The notes under the pieces are model-generated. The model saw only the letters and a list, made by a program, of their open reading frames with translations, was not told where the DNA came from and did not search any database. Positions 37,613 to 48,537 of a stretch of 64,000 nt of DNA are shown in pieces. The first letter of the stretch is position 1; each line of letters starts with the position of its first letter. The stretch covers positions 1 to 64,000 of the forward strand of contig NW_027271416.1 of the NCBI RefSeq assembly GCF_040938485.1, given 5' to 3'. The position numbers were made by a program, and so were the translations under genes. The DNA is from Diadema antillarum (lineage: Eukaryota).

Positions 37613-39853
37613 ACCGGATTGGGATTAGGTTTGTAAAAATAATCGGTTTGTGGAAAAACGTGAAAGAAACGACTTAACTTCGAGACAGTCTGAACGAATG
37701 TAGTGACTGTATTAAAGTAGCGTGTGACACCAGCTTGTGATTCACTTAGGAAAAGATAAGTAAGAATTAGCAAAGCCGCGAATAATCACTCTTACACACG
37801 ACTGACAATTAAACAAAGACACGTTGATGATTGGTCCGGTAAACCGGCCAATCGCTGATCTTAACAGGAGTGCGGATCTTCCGGATACCTGTCGGCCTGC
37901 AAATTACAAGAGAACCATTGCCTTTTGTTCATTAACCTGTTGACGGCCTGATTGTCGATCCGCTGCCGACAAACGAAACAATAGCCTGGCATAACGTTAC
38001 TGCGTACACGAAAGTTTTACCGCTGATCCACATTTTGAAACTAAGGAACAATGAACTGTTCTTTTCATTTGTTGAAGGTCGTTTAATTTTTTTTTTTTTT
38101 TTGGAATGATCATCCTGTCAATGCAAAAGTTGAGTGAAATTCGCCGCCGATATATGCTTTAAACGCCAATGATACCTAAGCACAAACCTCATCCATACTA
38201 GCCATGTATGATACTCTTTGCTGGTAACGGCTTTTAGTTGATAATGTATCTGCCAGTTAATACTGAATTTACCTTACCTGAGCTTTCGAAATTATTCATC
38301 TACATCGATTATAATATATATTATGTGCAACAACAGCGAAAGTGATTATGGTATACATCCAGTTTGACGCTAGTAAATACACTCAAAATCAAACATACAT
38401 ATATAGAAGTGAAAGTATCATTATAATCAGAATCCCACCCCCCCCCCTAAAAAAAAGGAGTAGAAGAAAACATAGAAAGTGGAGGGGGTAGAATGCAGAA
38501 ATTTCTGAATTAAATGCATAGAAAATTGTGATAGTAGTCGTAATATTTATCATTATAAAAATTTAGGTGAAGTACACAGTGTAACTTTCATTTAAATCAT
38601 GTTAATGAATTGATTGATTATTGCAGCAAAAGAATGCTCTCATGTTCTTCAACTGAAATAGCTGTGTGATTACTGGCACAACTATAATTCTTTCTTTATT
38701 TGATGTTCTATAAAGTTTGTTTGTTTGTTTGTTTGTGTCTTACAACATTTCCTTCAGTAGTTCTATTGTTGTCTAGTCTCGTTTCATGTTTATTACCATC
38801 TATGTAAGTGTATTTGTCTGTTACTCTATTTTTCATCGGGCTTCCAGACTTCACCTTCTCCTTTTTTCTCCATTGATGTTTTCTACCAGAGGGGTCTTAT
38901 TCTACAAGCTCTACTTTTTAGAGGGTCCCACCATTTTTTGCACTTTACGCAAGGTTATACCTTATTTCGGCCACTTCTGATTTATTAATACAATGTCTAA
39001 TGACTTTATAGTTCCTCAATTATTATTTTTTTCATTCTACAATGTTCATTTTTACCCTATGTTTTGTCGGGAAATGAAATCAGCTTTTAGATTGAAATTG
39101 AAAAGTTAAATACTGACCAGACAAAATCCAGTATGTTTTCATGTATCAACTATAATAAGGGAAGATTTGTGATGTCGTGGCTACCTCACTCTAAAGTATT
39201 AGGATAGTTTTATGTCAAAAAAAGCAAGAAATGTTCCACTTCTCTAGATTATTGAGTATAATGATATGCCTCCACCCTCTCGCGAACGTCGCCCATCAGG
39301 TTGCATTACACATTCATTACCTGAATATACCAATATCATTGTTTAGAATCTAAGTTATGCGACTCTAGATGAGCTAAAGAAAGTTTTGTGTCTTTTGTCC
39401 CTTTGCGGCTCCCAACAAAATTCATGAAGAGCTTTCTTCCCTACCGCCTCTGACTTCTGAAAACCACCCTGATTGGTAGAGCTATTGTGTCTAAATCGGA
39501 GCTCGCGAAGGCGGGCGGGCGGGCGGTTTTAATACCCTTTCCTATTGTTCTCGCGTTCAAACGCTGGATGTTCGTAACGACGGATACTCAAATCCATAGT
39601 AGCGTCATCTTCGAGTAATCATCATCGCCTTTGTCTTTAGTGATTGGTTGTACAACTTCGACCAATGAAAATCAAGCATCAGTGGGGGAAGGAGTCCATT
39701 ACTCTTATTACTCATCTCTCTCATCGGGTAAAGATCAACAGTGGTCCCAAAATTGTGCACTTCACTTTTCGACACAAGCCCAGCAAGTCAAGACGCGTGA
39801 TACCGATCTTCGTAGAGCACTTTATTTGAAGCACTTTTCTCTCATCATCGACC

Positions 39854-41120
39854 ATGGCTGATTCCCTCTGGTTGCTCGCCCACAAGTCGTCGTCAGTTTC
39901 AACCAAACAGTCACGTCGTCGACGTCCGATCAAGTTCACCAAACTGCAGATGGAGAGACTCGAAGTCGAAATCAGCAGAGACCGATATCCTGACATCGTT
40001 TTTAGAAAGAAGCTGGCCGCAGAATTTGGGCTCACCGAAGCCAGGATTCGAGTAAGTAATATTTTGTTTTTTCCCATCAGTAAATAACGCTTATGTATGT
40101 CTCATTATTTTGTGAATTTAGTAAATACCTTGTAACAACGCTGTTACTGAAGTGTTAGTGTATTCTGCGCTAAAAGATATTCAATTTCAATTTCAATTTC
40201 GGTTTTATTAAAAAACACCAAATAAAAGTCCAAAGACTAACCATATTTGGTTTACATCAAAATTTACACCTTTACAACAGGGAGACATAAAGAAAAGAAA
40301 TAAAAAAAAACTGACGTTTTACTCAACTGATTCATATTGACAGCCCCCGGAAAAAAAGACAAACTATACTCACACTATCATAAAAATTGATAGCACTAAT
40401 ATGAGCCCATTTACTACTTATCGTGATTTTCATACAAGTACTGAAACTACTAATGATTCAACTTAATGGCTCAAATAATTGTAGTCCAACATCATTTTAA
40501 CGTGTTGTGGAAAATGCGCTGTATATTACGTATAGTATCATTATTATAACGACGATGATGATGATTATGATAATGTTAATTTACTCTTGTACGTGAAATC
40601 TAAACAAACTGTGATGTGTTCTTTTCTCCATGTGCAGGTCTGGTTCCAGAATCGTCGTGCACGGTATCGTCGAGCCGTCCGTACGTCCGAGCCAGTTCAA
40701 CCAGTTGCCGGGATGAACCACATCGACAAAGAGTTCACACAACCTGAGGTAGAATACAGTAGGAAGCGAAAGCGACTTTCGACATGCGATGTCATCGACC
40801 AGGAGAATACACCGCCGCCCAAGAAGTCCGCCATCAACGATTCACCGATGTCAGTCAATTTCCTGTCTCGTAGCAGCCGATCACCGGATTCCTGGTCGAC
40901 TTTCTGCATCAGCAAGGAGCATGACGTCATCAATTTGCCGCAGACGACATCTCATCAAAAGCAGCAGGGCGCCACCAATCCCTTGATGTCTGTAGACTTT
41001 CTCTCCCGAAGCAGCCGACCGACTTCTTCGTATCCATCGACTAAAGCGAGTCTCTACTACACACCAGCTCCATTCTACACGTCTTTTGGTCATCGTTTCG
41101 TCTACATCATACCATCCTGA
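39854..41120 (+). CDS. pmar1: pmar1/micro1-like homeobox, copy C, intact, 226 aa (paralogue of A)
   Basis: Exons 39854-40051 and 40638-41120 with GT-AG sites. First eh1-like motif is MSVNFLS, second is MSVDFLS. Confidence 0.85.
40180..40398. mobile_element. ~220 bp insertion in the copy C intron, absent from copy A; probable retroelement 3' end
   Basis: Starts with (ttcaat)n and ggttttatt (AATAAA on the minus strand). The flanks join directly in the A intron (~28770). Confidence 0.5.
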
Positions 41121-41526
41121 ACTTTTGAATGAACTCAAGAGAACATTCGAGAAAAGGATTGTACAACACATGAACGCTCTCCATAATGGACGTATTGTTG
41201 ATATATATCATGATCTTGCCTTCAGCTATGATTCTATGTCGTGTCGTCAAAATAATGTAACAAAAGAATACATCCCTCTGAATATTATTTGCCATTCTAG
41301 TATTTGTCCTTTTATCCCGTCTCTTTCAATTCGTGGCGTGTGTCGTTTTCAAGTGTAGGTTGGTGTATAAATGATGTGTGTATATGCCTTTGTGTGTGTG
41401 TGTGTGTGCGCGCGCTCGTGCGTGTGTGTATCTCCCCCTCTCTATACATATACATATACATACTGTATACACACAAACACACATACAAAGAATTAGGAAA
41501 CCAGTTTTGCTGTTACAAAAATGTAA

Positions 41527-41573
<47 letters not shown>

Positions 41574-42991
41574 AAGAACACAAAAATCAGAATATCGTTA
41601 TTGAAAGAAAAAACTGTATGGTCCGATGTTGTGGGTAATGATTTTACTTTGTAACATGAAAAGCAGTTGACCAGAGTGTTACACTTATCATTGACCTTAG
41701 ACCTCAAATATGAGTGTGAAACCAGAGATGAAGATAAGTAAGAGAATTAGATATCAAATAAGTAAGAGAATTAAATTGAATCTATATCGTGTTTATACAA
41801 CATACACACATATACAACATTTGTACAAGAAGTAAACAATAACAGAGACATAAATCAACAACACAAAGTAGAAAGGTTGTCTGAGGTTTGCTCGATACAG
41901 CAACAACCGAGCATGCATACAAGATTGAATTACAGCATTATATTCCTACATAATGTATAAGGACCCTTAAATCAATAAAAACTTTAATGTGGATTACAAT
42001 ATTCATGATATTATATCTATTGATTTGAACATTTCAGTACATCGGCATATTCTTAGAGGCGATAATCTGTTCAAAATTTATATCATTTACACAGACCCAC
42101 CCTTTCCTGCACAAACAAACAAAGAAAAGACTCGCTCACATGCAGCGAGAAAGATCAAATTGCATATTTGCTTTCGATTGTCAAGCCAATTTGATTTTTA
42201 TATGGACGTAAGATGTTTCATTTGAACAATAAGACATGGTTAAGTAATATTTGTACAATATGGTCGCTTTAGATAGAAACTAACTAGGATGCATGCTTCT
42301 GCCCATGCAGTTTAATTCCGAATTATCATGTCGACAGTCGCTAATGCCTCAGAAAATAAATGAAATCACCCAAAACAGAATGACAGCTATAAAAGGAGTA
42401 ACTAAATTCATATTAGAGGTATACATAATTAATGTTTTAGATGCACGCTCAGGGAGATATGAATATAGATCTTAGATTTTTGTTGTAACATGTATGAATT
42501 GTATGTAGTACAAAGGTATTTTTTAATTTATTATGTGCACAGGGGTTTAAATTGTCATAAGAATATTTTACTTGATTTGCTTACATGACACGTTTCTGAT
42601 ACCAAATGTCCTACATAACATATATCTATCACCTATCTCTCCTATGCATCATGAATCCCTTTCAAGCAACATCACGGAGCTGTGACTGACACGTTTGGGT
42701 TGATTGACAGACAAGGGTGAACACGTCGTGTGTAGGTTTATCAGCGGCAAACTTCAATCAAATTACTTCATCTCATCGTCATTAACCTTGAATGATCCTT
42801 TCAAGAGTTGAAAAGAATCTTGGCAAAGTTTGATGCAGCGGAAGACGCTCTGGTTCCATTGAACTCTGCACGTTCGATTACACTCTTTAGATGCACAATT
42901 ATCATATCCGGGATCAAAACACGCTGAGCGTTGGTCAGCTATTGTTGGCTTTAATCGCTCGGCGGCTGACCATTAGCGGATTAAAGGTAGT

Positions 42992-43150
42992 ATGGCTCTT
43001 TTCAGCCGCTTGGACTCGGTCATCTCGTTAACCTCACCGGTCAGGTAATTTGACCTATTCAGGCTTGGAACATTCGACATCGAGTAATATCCCGGCATCA
43101 CTGCTACCCAGAGAACTGGCTACTACACTCTGTCTATAGATAGAATTCAA
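42992..43150 (+). pseudogene. Highly decayed pmar1-like exon 1 relic (B/D type), unit 2
   Basis: ttcgacatcgagtaatatcccggcatc...gagaactggctactacactc...gatagaattcaa aligns with B ttcgacatcgaccgatatcccgacatc...gagaaactggctgccgcactc...gacagaatacaa. It starts with ATGGCT at 42992 and contains a stop and indels. Confidence 0.7.
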
Positions 43151-44487
43151 TTATATTGAAAATACAGTCGGTACCGAATTGATGTTAACACGATGTATCT
43201 GATCGAACATTAGAAAAAAAAATGGTAAAGCGAAATAGTTCAAGCTGATAAACCCCACGTCTCGTAGTTATGCCAGGTTTTATGTGATGTGAAGATAGGA
43301 GTCAGTTACTCGGGATTCATTTCCTGACATTTTTAGTTCAACTCAGTTTAGTTCACCTTCGTATTTTCTCTGCATTTCCGTAGAAATCACACATGAAATC
43401 TACGGAATACATTCACAAAATAATGGTCACAATAATCTTTGAAATATTTGAACAAAACTCAATGAAATCTAAGAAGTCAGTGACAATTTTTTTTTTCATT
43501 TTAAGAGAAAAATACAAGAGTCTGTGTATTTAGAATGTGTTTTAAAGTGATGGCAGTCTCTGAAAAAGAAACACACACAGAACTTATGCTAACTTAATGG
43601 CAACTCCGAATGGAAGCTATGGTGAGTAAGGAAGAAAAGAATCAACGTGAGTAGTTAAGTGTGCAGAGGAGTGAAATAAGCGATGAAATGTGCTTGATAA
43701 CGATGACTGCATGAAGAGCAGTTGTAGAATGCATTTCAAGAGTAATATATACAGTATATGTAAATAATTTATGATAGTCTACTAGACGTGTGTGTGTGAT
43801 GTGTATCATGAGTGAGTCGCCCTGTGTTATGCCAAATACGTAGTGATATATAGAGAGTGTGCACGACGGTATTGATGGTTTGCTTGCTTGCTTGCTTACC
43901 TGCTTGTGAGCATTAATGTGTGTGGCTAGTTTATTGTTTTAAATTTCTGACATCTAAGCCTATACCTCTACAATGTTCCAGTTTATGAAAGGAGCTATTT
44001 CAGAGTTGCAAAAGGAAAACGCAAACTTTAAACTCTTACACTCTAGGATCCCACACATAAAGCATATACCTTACGACTCTATTAATAAGCCATATAATGT
44101 ACAAGATGTAAGTGGAAGACGTATACTGATGCTTTCGAAGGCATATCCTTTGTCTGAACCCCTGATCTCCTAATGTAATTTTATATCTGCCGTTTGTAAC
44201 TTCGTTCGGATATCAAAATGATATAGCTATATCTGTTCACAATGGAAAAACAAGGAATTGACTATGCTGAGGGTATTTCAATACCGGCATTTGTTTCCAT
44301 TAAACCAATAAAGACAGAAAATACATGTCCCTAATTTTGTGCATTTGCTTCTTCATGTCATATTTTCCAAAGTGCTTATTATTTTTTTTTTTTTGCGTTT
44401 ATATATGTATCTGATTATGAAGACGATGATGACATTATACTTCTTACTATGCATTTGCACTACTACTATTACTATTACTATTACTAT

Positions 44488-44529
<42 letters not shown>

Positions 44530-47425
44530 ACTGTGAAATACAAGTAAAATTACGCTATACGACGCAATGCTATTATAGCAAGGGTTAAAGAAATAATAAT
44601 TGATAAAGTGATGATAGTATGAAGAATTTTGTCATGGTAATCATTTCTGTTGTTGTCATCGCTAATCATCATTATTATCCACTAATGTACGCTGTCTTAA
44701 TGGTATATCCAGTGACATTTTCATATGGTTTGTGCTGCTGTGATGTGATAATTATTGTCGACCCTTATCATGCTTATAGGTTGGCCTGAGACTCCTGATT
44801 GACATGTTGTTGTTCTTATTAAGTTTTGTGGCGTACAATTCGTGTGCCGAATATTGACGCCATCTACGTGCGGGTCTCTGTATCTTTTTGGCTTTCGTTG
44901 TTGTTACGGTACTTTTCATGAGGGGTCCCAGGTCCGGCGTCAGTGAAACGTTCCCCCCTGATTGACATTATGCGGACTGGCCGATATAGAGGTGACACAG
45001 TCGACGCGACATCCACTGAAATCCTCCATAGCACAATTTTCAAAAGGGATTCACTGAGTGACCTAACGAGGCAGTTTACTTTCATCTCGTTAGAGACAGT
45101 GTAGCGGCAGAGCGTCATTGTAGTTTAAAGGCGAGACCGAATCAATAGCAGCTCTTATATAGCAGGAATAGCAGGACAATCATTGAACGTGCTATTCAAG
45201 TGACAGGCTGAATAGACATGACACCACCCGACACATTCTATACGCATCGAGATCTTTTGAAGCGGTCAGAGCTCTAATGACGATTTAGTATTAACAATGA
45301 AAAGTCGTGCTTCTTAAAGTCACTGCCCCTGATCTTGATCCCCTCAAAGAATCGGTAATATGCCTATTCGCTAAACCTTCGACTTGTGCTCTTGTTCAGC
45401 TACTTTGTCGGCAGAGTAAAGAGTAGGGAAGCGAGCGTGCAAAAATTGCATCTGAAGAAGATCCGGCTCTAATTGAGCGCGTGAATCACAAGGCGTGCTG
45501 AATTTTAGCGTGAGAGTGATCACAGTATGGAAGCTACCCCAATACTCTATCCTTTCTTGATCGAAAGAAAAGTTAGAAAATGGATAAAGCCCTACATCAC
45601 TGAATTCGTTAAAATGGCATCTCAAATGATATGTGTTTCCAAATCTTGTTTGGAAGTTACCAAAACAATTTACTCACATTCAATCTATTTGCCATAATCA
45701 TTTCATCAGTCTTAAAAGCTGTTTTTTTTTAATGTTCCTTTTTACCACAGCCTATCAACCACGGAGAGATGTGCACAGGTTTCCAAAATTCCAACAAACA
45801 TCATTAACATTAAGGTCTTGCTCCTTTTTCGATGATTACAGATCTCATACAACTCAAATCGTAATAACTATATTACTGACTAATTACGTAATAACTAAAA
45901 CAGGACTCGATGATGATGTGGTGACCTGTTTCAAGAACTTGCGTCTTTCGCATCAAGTTGTTTCAGGACTGTCATGACTGTAACAATGAGGACGCTCTTG
46001 TCATAATTTCATACAATGTATCAGGAGAATCGTAAAATGATAAGTCATCTCCCATATACATTATTATTTCCTATTAGGAAATGTGATTATATCCATGTTT
46101 CGTGAAAACATTTTCGTTTTTACTTTTCTTCGACTTTCTGATTTATTCGATCTTAATATAACGGTTTGTTTGGTCCGGAATCTAGTGTCCTTTTGTCATA
46201 AGTCAAATAGAGAACAGACATGATTATCTTTAACTTCTCTGTTTCACAGTGGTTGATATTCAAGCAATCTTGTTTAGTTCTTCTCGAGACCCCTCACCTC
46301 ATGGAAGTAAGCTTACTAACATTGATCCAAGTTGAAATGCAATGTTCATAGTACATCCTATACTTTTGAATTGGATGCTGGTATTCAATATTTTGTCATT
46401 TGACCTTTTATTAAATTCTTAGAATTATTTACATTTTAATTTCCCTACGTTTGAACTGAATTTAATCTTAGGTCTGCTGGGCGATGTATACTAGAAGTAC
46501 AAAACTGAGAAGCCTGGTACAATGCGATGTGAGAATAATAATGTATATATGCCTTTGTGATTTGAATTACCACTGTGTGTGCGCACATGTCTATGGTATC
46601 TTTTTAGAGCATTGCTTGATTTTGTTTTTGTTCATGACTATTTTTGTTTGTTTGAGTGTGTGTTTGTGTGTGCGCGTGTGTCTGTGTTTGTTGTTGTGTG
46701 TGTATCTGCTGTGCACATGTTTATCAATATCGTTTATAGGAGGCAGCTACGTCTTCTTGCTATCAAACTGGTCAATTTTTACCATCTGTACATTGATTCT
46801 ATCAATTCTCCCTTGTATTTCTGTCATACCAGATTCCGCTTACATCACTTCATTGTTGACCCACAGTTTACTAAGAATTCTGGTCCCTCTCTCCCATTCA
46901 AGCTATTTGTGAAGTTAAGACCTAATTTCAATCAAGCACGAATACCGACAAGAGATACCTTTATCTCAAAAGCGAACCCACTGTAACAACAAAAGAACGA
47001 CACATACATAACTGCATATTCACGCAGGCACAAACGTATACAAGTTATCATTTTGTTACTTGGGTTAAACAAAACACAAACACAGACTCAAACAAACAAG
47101 CAAACAAACAACCATGAACAAACATAAGATTATATTTTACTCAAAAATACCGCAGGAATAAGGTAAGATGAACTGAATGAAATCTTAATGTCTAATGGTA
47201 ATGTTTATTATTAAACACTAAATATAAAGAAGCAAAACGATGTTGCTGAATTCAAGTCTGAATCATCGCGGGTGTCTCAGAAAAGAGGAACAGATTTCTG
47301 AAGTCGGAAGAATGCTGGTCTTCTATCATTGTTTGCTTGCACAGAATCTAATACACTTCTCAATAATATGAGAAATGAAATATCACATGTCAGTCACTCC
47401 TATGAATGTGGCGGCATCACAGCGT

Positions 47426-48537
47426 TCAGTGTGGAACGACGAAGGCATAAGGATGACCAAACATGTAGAATGGCGACGGGCTGTGGTAGAGACTCCCTTC
47501 ACGGTATGGCGATTGATACGAAGAAGTCGGTCGGCTGCTTCGGGAGAGAAAGTCTACAGACATCAAGGTATTGGTGGCGCCCTGCTGCTTTCGATGAGAT
47601 GTCGTCTGCGGCAAATTGATGACGTCATGCTCCTCGCTGATGCGGAAAGTCGACCAGGAATCCGGTGATCGGCTGCTACGAGACAGGAAATCGACCGACA
47701 TCGGTGAGTCGTTGATGGCGGACTTCTTGGGCGGCGGTGTGTTCTCCTGGTCGATGACATCGCATTCCGTTGATCGCTTACGCTTTCCTGTGGATGAAGA
47801 CTCCATTCCCTTGATGCCGATTGGCCTGTTGATCTGATTGTCTCTGGTGTCTGGTCGAGCAGAGAGGGATTTGAGTGAAGTTCGACGAAGGCGCGAATGG
47901 CGATTCTGGAACCAGACCTGAAGATAAACAAAGAATAAATCTGACGTTAGCATTTTGCTTCATGCATGAACAATTTTTAAACATAAAACGTAACATGCTA
48001 CTGCCACAATCAAGTCACCAAAAACATAAAGGACGTGGTTCTTAACATCGGCCATTCATATTCTCGCTGTGCTAGGAATGTTTGAGTCCCAAATTTTCAT
48101 CTATCTCAATTTCTCAATATGGGCTGTTTATTGAGATAGATGTTGAGATAGATAGAATCTCGATCGCAATCTATATCAATTTTCATCTATCTCAGGTATT
48201 GCATTGTAATAACAGCTAATGAAAAGATAGTTGCAATTTGAAACCAGTAATTTATATTCAGTAATATTATCATTTACAGTATTACAAGAAAAAATCAACT
48301 TTACTTCATCATTCATACATCTTTGCTTTTACATACTTGTATTCTATCTTCATCGAGGCCGAGTGAGGCAGCCAATTTCTCTCTAGAGACGATGTCGGGA
48401 TATCTGTCGATGTCGAATTCAGCCTTCAGCTTCTCGAGCTGCCATTCGGTGAACACTGTCGGACGTCGACGACGAGGGCCTTTGGTAGGAACGGACGTCG
48501 AGACTTGAGGGAGAAGGGAGAGCGGTGAATCGGCAAA
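47426..48537 (-). pseudogene. pmar1: pmar1/micro1-like copy D (paralogue of B): frame open but start codon lost and HD R53H
   Basis: Exons 48537-48337 and 47917-47426 with splice sites intact. B's ATG GCT GAT corresponds to TTT GCC GAT here. The upstream in-frame stop is at 48595-48597 with no ATG in between. The recognition helix reads VWFQNRH. Confidence 0.7.

Larger units (their letters stand above)
26760..38250. repeat. Segmental duplication unit 1 (A+, relic+, B-)
   Basis: Colinear similarity with 39150-49260 across promoters, introns, 3' regions and intergenic blocks (e.g. 33840-35100 versus 44720-45990). Boundaries approximate. Confidence 0.85.
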
